Source: a candidate division WOR-3 bacterium
GTDB lineage: Bacteria; Hydrothermota; Tepidihabitantia; SM23-42
Reading direction: 5' to 3'
Length of the DNA: 44,446 nucleotides
NCBI GenBank assembly: GCA_030671005.1
Contig: DAOVAN010000003.1
Span: 1 to 44,446 of the forward strand
Below the pieces are notes generated by a model. The model did not search any database. It was not told the DNA's origin and saw only the letters and a list, made by a program, of their open reading frames with translations. Each line of letters opens with the position of its first letter. Position 1 is the stretch's first letter. This document shows, in pieces, positions 8,499 through 17,378 of this stretch. The position numbers were made by a program, and so were the translations under genes.

Positions 8499-9780
8499 TC
8501 GTGAATGCCTCCCCTCTTTCCTCGAAGTTACCGAAATAGTCAAATGACGCAAACCCCGGGTTGAGCATGATAGTGTCTCCGGGACATGCATAATTTCGTG
8601 CCTTCTTCACCGCATCAACCATGTCCTGAGCAATCGAGTACTGTTCATATCCGTGTGCTTGGAAATGCTCCGTGATGAAACCTGCATTCTCACCGAGTAT
8701 GACACATGCCTTTGCCTCTTTTATTAAAACATCAAAATATGCCTTACCCTCATCTCCCTTGTGCTTGCCCCCCAAGATGACCACCCTCGGTCCTTCGAGT
8801 GCTCGAAATGAGGCAATGGCAGCCGTCGCATTCGTACACATAGAATTATTTATGTATCGTATCCCATGGATGAATCCAAGGTCTTCCAGACGGTGTGATA
8901 GACTGCTAAACGCCTTAATACCTCTTTCAATATCCACGTCGTCGATATTCAAGATCTTAGCCACCGCTATTGCCGCCGCCATATTCATGAGATTATGTTT
9001 GCCCACCAATGGCAAATCTTCGCTTGAGAATAGTTCGCTGTCTTCATAATGGAATTTCCCGTTGATCGATACTCCCTCTGTTGTCCCATAACCAAAGAAA
9101 ACGGGACGTGACTTAATGCCACCCCCTATACTGCGCACCCACTCATCGTCGTAGTTGAGAACCGCAAAATCATCTTCTGTCTGGTTTAAAAAAATTCGCA
9201 ACTTTGCGGTCTTGTACTCATCAAAATTCTTGTGCCAATTCAGATGATCAATGCTCATGTTGGTGAACACGGCAACATACGGACGGAAATTATTGATACG
9301 CATCAACTGAAATGAAGAGACCTCGAGGACGTAGTACTCGCATTTCTCTCCAAAAAGGGCTTGAGAAAACGGTTTTCCAGGCGCAATATTGCCACCGAGG
9401 AAATTCTTGATATGTACCATGTCCAGAATGTTGCTTATCAACGCCGCGGTCGTGCTCTTACCGTTGGTGCCGGTTACCGCAATGGTTCTTGGTCGACCCA
9501 GCTCCCGATATGCAAACTCGATCTCGTCTATTATCGGCACTCCCTTTTCCTCCATGGCCTTGCATATGGCTTTATCGGGCGGAAATCCGGGTGACGTAAC
9601 AACGACGTCATACTGCTCATCATCATGTACCTTCACGTGGCCATCATTGATCAGCTGTTGCGCCGGTTCGGACAAACCCTCCATATTCTCATCGTAGAAG
9701 AATACACCCTCACCTCTCTGCACGAGATATCGTGCAACCGGTAGATTCGCGCGTCCCAAGCCTAGTAATAGAATCTTCAT
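8479..9780 (-). CDS. murD: UDP-MurNAc-L-Ala--D-glutamate ligase
   Basis: VTSPG, TGTNGKSTT, GGNI, EVSSFQL, DHL, HRLE, PGFASFD.F.NFEERG. Confidence 0.96.
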   Translation of the reverse strand: MKILLLGLGRANLPVARYLVQRGEGVFFYDENMEGLSEPAQQLINDGHVKVHDDEQYDVVVTSPGFPPDKAICKAMEEKGVPIIDEIEFAYRELGRPRTIAVTGTNGKSTTAALISNILDMVHIKNFLGGNIAPGKPFSQALFGEKCEYYVLEVSSFQLMRINNFRPYVAVFTNMSIDHLNWHKNFDEYKTAKLRIFLNQTEDDFAVLNYDDEWVRSIGGGIKSRPVFFGYGTTEGVSINGKFHYEDSELFSSEDLPLVGKHNLMNMAAAIAVAKILNIDDVDIERGIKAFSSLSHRLEDLGFIHGIRYINNSMCTNATAAIASFRALEGPRVVILGGKHKGDEGKAYFDVLIKEAKACVILGENAGFITEHFQAHGYEQYSIAQDMVDAVKKARNYACPGDTIMLNPGFASFDYFGNFEERGEAFTNAARKD

Positions 9781-9784
9781 ATAA

Positions 9785-10870
9785 TCATCTGATCTTCAAT
9801 GTCGACAGGGCAAACATCAGGAAGATGATGCCCACGATCCAGAAGCGCACCACGATTTTCGGCTCGACCAGCCCCTTCAGTTCAAAATGGTGGTGCAACG
9901 GGGCCATCTTGAATAGCCGTTTACCGCCGGTGCAACGAAAATAGATCACCTGGAGCAAAACCGTCAGCACCTCAATCACGAAGACACCGCCAACCAACAA
10001 TAAGAGGATCTCCTGTTTAATGAGAATCGCCGCGGTACCGATGATTGCACCAAGACTCAAGGCCCCGGTGTCACCCATGAACACCTGAGCCGGATGTGCA
10101 TTGAACCACAGAAACCCAAGGCTTGCTCCGAGAATCGCAGCGCAGTATACTGTTACTTCACCCCCCTGCCTAAGAAATATTATGTTCACATACTCGCTTA
10201 TCACTACGTGTCCTGCCGCATAAGCGAGTGCGGCATAGGCAAGGGCGGCGACTCCAATGAGGCCGATGGCGAGACCGTCCAGCCCATCAGTCAGGTTGAC
10301 ACCATTGGAAGAACCGATCACTACCATGACGACGAATATCGGATAGAGCATGCCAAGGCTTATGACATAGTTCTTCACGAAAATGAGGTTGGTCTTGGCA
10401 GCGTAACCCTCAGGTCCAAAAAAATACAAGAACAATCCGAGCGCTAACCCATACATTATTTGAAAAATCAGTTTCGTCTTTATCGATAGACCGCGTGGCT
10501 TTTTCTTGTATATCTTAACATAGTCATCCCAAAAGCCCAGCAATCCGAAATATATCGTCGCCGTGAAGAGTATTAAAACATTCGTGTTACCTAAATCACA
10601 AAAGAGAAAAGATGATATCAGAATGGAGAAAAGTATCAGGATACCGCCCATGGATGGTGTTCCCTCCTTCAAGCGGTGACTATCCGGCACCTCCATCCTG
10701 ACCCGTTGTGTAACCGATTTGTTGGCCAGCAAATTTATGAACCACTTGCCAAGAATGAGCACAATGAGAATCGCGAAGACTGCCGCGTAAGCACTACGGA
10801 ACGTAATATAGCCGAAAAGCCTTAACGGTCCAAAATAGTCCTTCAGTGGATACAAAAGCCAGTATAGCAT
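9785..10870 (-). CDS. mraY: Phospho-MurNAc-pentapeptide transferase
   Basis: GTPSMGG, DDY.K, NLTDGLDGL, VFMGDTG, MAPLHHHFEL. Confidence 0.98.
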   Translation of the reverse strand: MLYWLLYPLKDYFGPLRLFGYITFRSAYAAVFAILIVLILGKWFINLLANKSVTQRVRMEVPDSHRLKEGTPSMGGILILFSILISSFLFCDLGNTNVLILFTATIYFGLLGFWDDYVKIYKKKPRGLSIKTKLIFQIMYGLALGLFLYFFGPEGYAAKTNLIFVKNYVISLGMLYPIFVVMVVIGSSNGVNLTDGLDGLAIGLIGVAALAYAALAYAAGHVVISEYVNIIFLRQGGEVTVYCAAILGASLGFLWFNAHPAQVFMGDTGALSLGAIIGTAAILIKQEILLLLVGGVFVIEVLTVLLQVIYFRCTGGKRLFKMAPLHHHFELKGLVEPKIVVRFWIVGIIFLMFALSTLKIR

Positions 10871-10921
10871 ATTATCTCGCCTGTTCTCTTACCGACAAAA
10901 TTGTCTCAATGAAAGATTTCT

Positions 10922-12202
10922 TCACCGCAACAGCCTCGGTAGCTCATCGATGAATCTCTCGAAATGAAGTGCTCTTGACGCTTTGAGCAGAACGACCTCA
11001 TCACCTGCGATGTTTTCACGCAGAAACCTTAGCAAATCTATCGCCTTAGAAAAATGCGTGCCCTTGTAGTATCTCGATTCTTGCCCGAAAGTCACCAGCA
11101 AGTCTGCATGCTGTCTCGCGTATTCGCCAGTGGCCCGGTGCAACTCCTTTGACTTCTCACCCAACTCAAGCATATCGCCAAAGACAAATATCTTCCTCCG
11201 CCCCAACTGTGCAGCAAAGTCGATCGCCGCCTTCATCGACACCGGGTTTGCATTGTATGTGTCATTTATTATCAACAACTCACCCAGTGTAATTGGTTCC
11301 AGACGCCCCGGCTCCGGATTCATCTCGGCGATACCTGCATACTGCGCATCATAATGGATGCTCAGTTTCGAGGTCAAACAGACCGCGGCTAGACAATTGT
11401 ATACGTTACCCAAGCCGAGCAGTTGTGTGAAGAACCGATTTCCTTCATATGAGAAATAGGATCCACGTTCAGTCAGCTCCACACTGTCCAACATTCCTAA
11501 GAAGAAACTGATGGTGTTGCTTCTACCCGACCCGCTAGCTCCCTCGCCAACCAGAGCGAAACCATCAGCGGGGAGTGCATCTATTAAGGCAAATTTCTCC
11601 TTTCGGATACCTTCGATCGAGCCGAGACCATCAAGATGACCAGGACCTATGTTAGTGATCACGCCGATATGAGGGCGTGCAATGTCACACAACCGGACTA
11701 TCTCTCCAGGGGCACTTGTTCCCATCTCCACCACCAAGTAGTCTTCATCCCCGGACAGCCTGAAAACCGTTAGGGGCAGACCGATGAGTGAATTGTAATT
11801 CTTCTCCGTATGTAATACCCGATACTTCTTCTTCAGGATCGACGCAATCAGATTCTTCACCGTTGTCTTCCCGTTCGTCCCGGTAATGCCAACGGTCTGT
11901 ACCTCGAAATGATTCCGATAATTACGGGCGAGTTCGCCCAAGGCAAAAAGCGTATCTGAAACCAATATCTCATTGGTCATCGATTGTGTCCGCTGGACAA
12001 CTGCTGCCAGTGCACCACGCCGCAAGGCATCTGCTACATAGCAATGTCCATCAGTGTGCGACCCCTTCAAGGCAAAGAACAGTTCGCCGGGCATTGTCTC
12101 CCGGGAGCTTATCGTAACCCCACGCACAAGATCCTGCCCGGGCAATTGTGCCTGACCATTCACCATCTTGACTATCTCCCCTAGCATGAACTCGCGAAAC
12201 AT
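10922..12202 (-). CDS. murF: UDP-MurNAc-tripeptide--D-Ala-D-Ala ligase
   Basis: TGTNGKTTVK, NYNSLIGLP, EMG, NDTYNANP.SM, GDMLELG, LLKASR. Confidence 0.96.
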   Translation of the reverse strand: MFREFMLGEIVKMVNGQAQLPGQDLVRGVTISSRETMPGELFFALKGSHTDGHCYVADALRRGALAAVVQRTQSMTNEILVSDTLFALGELARNYRNHFEVQTVGITGTNGKTTVKNLIASILKKKYRVLHTEKNYNSLIGLPLTVFRLSGDEDYLVVEMGTSAPGEIVRLCDIARPHIGVITNIGPGHLDGLGSIEGIRKEKFALIDALPADGFALVGEGASGSGRSNTISFFLGMLDSVELTERGSYFSYEGNRFFTQLLGLGNVYNCLAAVCLTSKLSIHYDAQYAGIAEMNPEPGRLEPITLGELLIINDTYNANPVSMKAAIDFAAQLGRRKIFVFGDMLELGEKSKELHRATGEYARQHADLLVTFGQESRYYKGTHFSKAIDLLRFLRENIAGDEVVLLKASRALHFERFIDELPRLLR

Positions 12203-13605
12203 GCTTTGATCACCTCGGCATCGTTGAACTTGAACCTCTCTTCATTGACTATCTGATACTCCTCATGTCCTTTGCCGGCAACAACAACAATATCCTCTTC
12301 TTTTTTGGAGGCGATGGCATACTGGATCGCGGCAGCACGATCTTCGATTATCTTGTGATTACTACCTACCACGCCCTGCATGATATCATCTATGATCTGT
12401 TTAGGCGGTTCGCTGCGCGGATTATCTGAAGTTATCACTGTCAGATCGGCGAGTCTCGAGGCAATAGCACCCATCTTCGGACGTTTATTCTTATCACGAT
12501 CTCCGCCACAACCGAAGACAATTATCACCCTACCCTTGGCATATTGCTTCATCGATTGGAGGATGTTCTCTATCGCCGATGGTGTGTGAGCGAAATCGAC
12601 AAAGACATTGTCCATGACGCGTTCTAACCGTCCCCGCACCGCATGCAAATCCTCGATACCTTTTATGATGTCTTCTATACGGACACCCAGTGCGACGCCC
12701 GCCGCAAAGGCAGCCAGAACGTTATAAATGTTGAATTCACCAACCAAAGACGTCCTCACCTCATAGCTTTCGTTGTCACAATGAATTTCCAGTTTAGAAC
12801 CATTGAGGGATCCATCGAGTACCCGCGCCATTATGTCACTCTCTCTCGCTACACCAAATGATATCATGTTTGTTATCCGCAGGTCTTTGACCGATCTGCC
12901 AATGTCCTCGTCATTGTTGTACACGGCATACCCGCTTTCCTTGAGCAGTGAAAATATATGCAGCTTCGATTGCTGGTAATCATCCATCGTTTTATGAAAA
13001 TCGAGGTGGTCCTGAGTTAGATTTGTGAAGACGGCAACGTCGAAAACAATATTTTCCACGCGCTTCAGCTTCAGGGCATGTGAAGACACTTCCATCACCA
13101 CTGAATCGATCCCCTCGTTCTCGAAGTTCTTGAACAACTTCATGATATCCAGAATCTCTGGTGTCGTACGGACCGCCTTACTCCTTGCCCCGCCCAGATA
13201 ATAGATTGTTCCTATCAGTCCCGGGCTTCTTCCCGCTCGCGTCAATATCGAGTGAATGAGAAATGCCGTGGTCGTCTTTCCGTTTGTGCCCGTGATACCA
13301 ACCTTAGTCATTCCACCAAAGTCCCCGTAGAACCGTGTGGCCAATATGCCCAATATCTCACGGGTGTTATTGACTATGATCTGAGGTAACGTTGTCTCGA
13401 CCTTCTCCTGGGTAATGACTGCCACGGCTCCTCGTTTTTCCACATCCCGTATGAAATCATGTCCATCGAACCTTTCTCCCTTCATCGCGACATACAATCC
13501 CCCCGGCTTAATCTTTCTTGAATCGAATTCAACCGTAGTAATCTCGACATCCTTAAGGTTATGAGTCTGTGCAGGTATACCTGCAATCAATTTACTTAAC
13601 TGCAT
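12181..13605 (-). CDS. murE: UDP-MurNAc-dipeptide--meso-DAP ligase
   Basis: TGTNGKTTT, MEVSSH, DHLDFH, DFAHTP, FGCGGDRD, DNPR (DAP-type motif), GKGHE. Confidence 0.97.
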   Translation of the reverse strand: MQLSKLIAGIPAQTHNLKDVEITTVEFDSRKIKPGGLYVAMKGERFDGHDFIRDVEKRGAVAVITQEKVETTLPQIIVNNTREILGILATRFYGDFGGMTKVGITGTNGKTTTAFLIHSILTRAGRSPGLIGTIYYLGGARSKAVRTTPEILDIMKLFKNFENEGIDSVVMEVSSHALKLKRVENIVFDVAVFTNLTQDHLDFHKTMDDYQQSKLHIFSLLKESGYAVYNNDEDIGRSVKDLRITNMISFGVARESDIMARVLDGSLNGSKLEIHCDNESYEVRTSLVGEFNIYNVLAAFAAGVALGVRIEDIIKGIEDLHAVRGRLERVMDNVFVDFAHTPSAIENILQSMKQYAKGRVIIVFGCGGDRDKNKRPKMGAIASRLADLTVITSDNPRSEPPKQIIDDIMQGVVGSNHKIIEDRAAAIQYAIASKKEEDIVVVAGKGHEEYQIVNEERFKFNDAEVIKACFASSC

Positions 13606-15217
13606 AGCGATGGGAGTTCATTTGATATATGCTATGGGCAATGTCTCTGAATACGGGTGCCGTGATCGTACTTGCCCAGTAACCACTCTTGGGCTCGTCA
13701 ACCATAAGGATTATCAGATAGTCTGGCGAAGCAGCCGGAAAATACCCGGCAAAGGTAGTGATGATAGAGCTGTTTGAGTAGGTACCATCGACAACCTTCT
13801 GTGCGGTTCCTGTCTTGCCCGCGATCTTAATGTCATTGAACGCGGCCGCGGTACCACTCCCCTCCTCGACAACGGTACAGAGTATGTCGGTCACTCGGCG
13901 TGCAGTCGGCGCATTGATTACACGTCTGATCCGTAGTGTCTTAGTTTCGTAAACAACTCTCGGGCCTCTTCGAATTTCGCGTACAATCGTAGGTTTGTTC
14001 AGCACGCCGTCATTAGCGATCGCCTGGTAAGCCATTGCCAGCTGAAGCAGGTTCACCGTGAGACCTTGACCAAAGACAAGAGTGGCAAACTCAACATCAT
14101 TGATCTTCATGCCATCGGGTAATCGACCCCGCACCTCGCCCGGAAATTCAATACCGGTGACTTCTCCGAAACCAAAATCCCGCACCATGAGGAGAAAACG
14201 CTCACGATCGAACTTCCTTGATAACTTGACCATCGCAACATTGCTGGAATGAGCAATCGCCTGTCTCAAGGTGACAATGCCGTAGTCTCTATAATCATTT
14301 ATCAAATGGCCGCGCACTCTTATCTTTCCATCCTCGGTATCGATGATATCGGCTTCTTTTACGCCGTTCTGTAGAGCGTAGGTGAGGGGCATCAATTTGA
14401 AGGTCGATCCGGGTTCGAATTCATCGCAGATTATGTGATTTCTCTGATCACCGTCCTTACCAACATTGACCATGGCAAGGATATCCCCGGTGCCCGGTTC
14501 GATAATCAAACCGCACGCCGACTGCGCGTCTTCGCTCCGGTGACAATCACTTAGGTTTTTGTGAAGAATTGCCTGCAACTGGAGATCGATGGTCAGGTAG
14601 ATATCCCTGCCCGGCCGCGGTTCTTTCTCGGGATGATTATGATACGGAAAAATCCCGCCCGTCGGGTCCTTCTGATATATCGCGAATCCTGTCTCACCGC
14701 TAAGAATGTCATTGAATTGCAACTCCAGGCCTTCGATGCCACGATTATCTGAACCGCATTTGCCAATGAGGCTCGCAAAGATCTCGGGCATGTTATACCG
14801 TCGATTTAAATCATGAGTATATCCAATACTGGGGTCATCAATTGCAAGATATCGGTCACGTTGTCTTTTATCCACCTTCATCTCCACCCAAAAGAATTCA
14901 CGGCTGCCAATCTGCTTCTTGATACGACTCCTCGATTTCCCGGAAACCTTTGCAATCTCACGCGTCAGCCTGCCGACGTCACCGGCATAACGCGGCGTGC
15001 AGAAAACTGAAAAACATTGTTCAGATGTAGCAATGGCCACACCGTTACGATCATATATGTTACCTCTTGCTCCCAGCAGCACAAACTTTTTCTCGTGCTG
15101 CCGCTTGGCTCTATTTTCGTAGTACTGATGTTTGAAGCATTGTATATAAAAAAGGTAGGAAAAGAAAACAACCGAGACAAAAAAGAGGAGAAAATTTAAA
15201 AACTTCGTCCGGATCAT
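13592..15217 (-). CDS. ftsI: Class B penicillin-binding protein FtsI/PBP3
   Basis: RG.IYDRNG, G.EGLE, EPGSTFK (SxxK), SSN (SxN), KTGTAQK. Confidence 0.94.
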   Translation of the reverse strand: MIRTKFLNFLLFFVSVVFFSYLFYIQCFKHQYYENRAKRQHEKKFVLLGARGNIYDRNGVAIATSEQCFSVFCTPRYAGDVGRLTREIAKVSGKSRSRIKKQIGSREFFWVEMKVDKRQRDRYLAIDDPSIGYTHDLNRRYNMPEIFASLIGKCGSDNRGIEGLELQFNDILSGETGFAIYQKDPTGGIFPYHNHPEKEPRPGRDIYLTIDLQLQAILHKNLSDCHRSEDAQSACGLIIEPGTGDILAMVNVGKDGDQRNHIICDEFEPGSTFKLMPLTYALQNGVKEADIIDTEDGKIRVRGHLINDYRDYGIVTLRQAIAHSSNVAMVKLSRKFDRERFLLMVRDFGFGEVTGIEFPGEVRGRLPDGMKINDVEFATLVFGQGLTVNLLQLAMAYQAIANDGVLNKPTIVREIRRGPRVVYETKTLRIRRVINAPTARRVTDILCTVVEEGSGTAAAFNDIKIAGKTGTAQKVVDGTYSNSSIITTFAGYFPAASPDYLIILMVDEPKSGYWASTITAPVFRDIAHSIYQMNSHRYAVK

Positions 15218-15465
15218 TCAACCACCCCTAATATGTCATCTCTATCAGGAAAGACATAGCCCATCGCCTTTGCCGCGGTTTCGATATCGGCGAGATTGGC
15301 AAGACCGATCAATTCAAATTCCAATTGTTTCTTCTCGTTTCTCAATGCGACAACACGATTTTTCAAATCTTCCTTACGCACCTCGCTCTTTACCAGTTCG
15401 CTCTCAAGGAGCACGAGCAAGAACAAGTATGCTATAACACCTACAAATATTATGAGCACACGCAT
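15214..15465 (-). CDS. ftsL: Cell division protein FtsL-like
   Basis: TM helix plus leucine-zipper coiled coil and IE..AK.MG motif; lies between rsmH and ftsI. Confidence 0.75.
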   Translation of the reverse strand: MRVLIIFVGVIAYLFLLVLLESELVKSEVRKEDLKNRVVALRNEKKQLEFELIGLANLADIETAAKAMGYVFPDRDDILGVVE

Positions 15466-16337
15466 TTTTCGATAACCCTCAACTTCGCACTCCGCGCGCG
15501 CGGGTTCCTGCTGATCTCGTCTTCATGGGGTTTTATCACTCTCTTGTTGAGCAACTGAATCTGACCCTGTTTTTTCAGCCCGCGGAAGAAGTACTTCACG
15601 ATCCTATCCTCGCCCGAATGATATGATATCACCAGCATTCTGCCCCCGTCCTTGAGCCTTCGATATGCAACAAGCAAGCCCTGCCCCAGATTCACCAGCT
15701 CATCATTCGTCCAGATTCTCAAGGCCTGAAAGATCTTGTGCAGGTTCTTCTTCAGAAACCGCCTCGGCACAGAATCCTCAATCACCTTTCTCAGTTCCAG
15801 GGTTGTGTTGAGTGTACGTCTCATCTCAAAAATCCTATGCCCAATCTTCCTGTAATTGCGCACGTCACCATATTCCCTGAGGATCCGTACAATCTCTTCC
15901 TTCTGCGCCCTACGCAACCTCTCGCCGAGGGTGAGGCTGTTCGGTGACATACGCATCAGTAAATCGCCCTTTCTCTCAAAACTGAAACCGCGGGCCGACG
16001 TCGTGAGTTGGTGATATGAAACACCCAGATCAAAAAGCAAGCCATCAACCCTGTGGACCTTTAGCCCGTCAAGGATTAAATCTAGATTAATGAAGTTATT
16101 TTCGAAGAGAAAACACCGCTTGCGGTAATCAGCCGTCACCTGCCGGCTGTAAGCGATTGCCTCCGGATCACAATCAATACCGACGAACCGGGCCGTTCTC
16201 GTGCGCTTCAACATGACGAGGAGGTGTCCGGCACCGCCCACTGTGCAATCGCAGTACACACCATCGTCCCTCAGGTTAATCCAGGTAACAATTTCATCTA
16301 CCAGAACAGGTTGATGAAAAACCTGCTGCCGTGCCAT
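15450..16337 (-). CDS. rsmH: 16S rRNA m4C1402 methyltransferase
   Basis: HQPVL, DCTVGGAGH, DLGVS, RGFSF, FQALRI..N.EL, ISYHSGEDR, NPRARSAKLR. Confidence 0.97.
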   Translation of the reverse strand: MARQQVFHQPVLVDEIVTWINLRDDGVYCDCTVGGAGHLLVMLKRTRTARFVGIDCDPEAIAYSRQVTADYRKRCFLFENNFINLDLILDGLKVHRVDGLLFDLGVSYHQLTTSARGFSFERKGDLLMRMSPNSLTLGERLRRAQKEEIVRILREYGDVRNYRKIGHRIFEMRRTLNTTLELRKVIEDSVPRRFLKKNLHKIFQALRIWTNDELVNLGQGLLVAYRRLKDGGRMLVISYHSGEDRIVKYFFRGLKKQGQIQLLNKRVIKPHEDEISRNPRARSAKLRVIEKCVCS

Positions 16338-16340
16338 CAA

Positions 16341-16682
16341 CTAGGCAAAGCTCTTCAGTGCGGCTCTACGTGATGGGTAGATCTCAAATGGGTAAAAGCC
16401 GTATAATCTCAGGATATCGTACAAGTACGGTGATACATTTACAAGCTTTATATCACCTCCGTACTTCTTGAATTTTTGTTGGTATTCAATAAGCCAACCA
16501 ACAACTTTGTAGTTAATGTGACTCACCCGTGAAAGGTCTATGATTATGTTGAAATCACCATCTTCAATCATTTGCTTCAACTTCTGCTCTATTTTGGAAA
16601 ACCCCTCCTCATCGATTTCACCACTGGGTAAGAAAAACGATACCTTCTTATCCTTAACAGCCTCAACTGCTTGTATTTTCAT
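16341..16682 (-). CDS. STAS-domain (anti-sigma-factor antagonist-like) protein
   Basis: SGEID, IIIDLSRVSHI, GGDIKLVNVSP...DIL, terminal AALKSF; size typical of SpoIIAA/RsbV. Confidence 0.85.
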   Translation of the reverse strand: MKIQAVEAVKDKKVSFFLPSGEIDEEGFSKIEQKLKQMIEDGDFNIIIDLSRVSHINYKVVGWLIEYQQKFKKYGGDIKLVNVSPYLYDILRLYGFYPFEIYPSRRAALKSFA

Positions 16683-17145
16683 CTTTCCTCCTTCTCAAAC
16701 CTTCGATGCCCTCGGCATCCTCCAAATAGAATTTCTCGACCTCCTTACCAAACGCCTCATAGTTTTCAGGAGACCATAATTCAATGTAGTTGATCTCGCC
16801 AACGATAATGACCTCTTTGGCAATGCGGGCATGAGTGAGTAGGAAATCTGGGATGAGGATTCTTCCTTGTCCATCGAGTCGATCCTCTTTTATGCCGAAC
16901 GTGAAGTGTCGTCGATACCGACGGGACTTGAGATAATCCATGGAAAGAGAAAGCATTTCTTTGTCCTCGATCTCTTCCCAAATTCTCAGCGGGTATACAG
17001 CTACTTCCCGGTCATAACCAGGTGTAAGAATTACCCGGCCTTCAGACTCGTGATTCAGAATGCTGCGGAATTGGCTCGGTACGGCCAGGCGTTTTCGGTC
17101 ATCCAAGATATGAGTGAAGAATCCCCGGAATCTAATGTTCCCCAT
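16663..17145 (-). CDS. mraZ: dcw transcriptional repressor MraZ
   Basis: Two DxxxR motifs (LDDRKRLAVP, LDGQGRILIP) and IELWS; first gene of the dcw cluster; ATG 17145 preferred to GTG 17160, which abuts the -10. Confidence 0.93.
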   Translation of the reverse strand: MGNIRFRGFFTHILDDRKRLAVPSQFRSILNHESEGRVILTPGYDREVAVYPLRIWEEIEDKEMLSLSMDYLKSRRYRRHFTFGIKEDRLDGQGRILIPDFLLTHARIAKEVIIVGEINYIELWSPENYEAFGKEVEKFYLEDAEGIEGLRRRKDENTSS

Positions 17146-17166
17146 TGTTCCCCATTTCACCCCATT
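17140..17166 (-). promoter_or_regulatory. Probable MraZ operator, 3 x AATGGGG at 10-bp period
   Basis: CCCCATT on + at 17140, 17150 and 17160; matches the phased TGGG/GTGG repeats known for MraZ sites. Confidence 0.85.
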
Positions 17167-17191
17167 TTACATATTATTTGATATTTGTCAA
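17164..17191 (-). promoter_or_regulatory. sigma70-type promoter of the dcw cluster
   Basis: TTGACA-N16-TAAAAT. Confidence 0.75.
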
Positions 17192-17378
17192 GTACCAAAG
17201 TTGTCAGCTCTTATGGTATAAGTCTTTAAATTTCGAGTGTTTTTGGTGTACCCAGTACTGTACTACAGGGATTACATGGGTTCGTTACAAATTTTGATAG
17301 GGATGTGATGTTCTTATGCTGACTATGCTATTGGACGAGCCTCTTGTCTTTACCCAAACCAGATTGATCAGCGACGAT

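Noticed and set aside
8499-8591. Long FtsW start in the ORF track
   Set aside because: Lies inside the conserved murD 3' end; a downstream ATG fits better.
17192-17378. ncRNA or small ORF between rsmB and the mraZ promoter
   Set aside because: No convincing stem, repeat or SD-led ORF was found.
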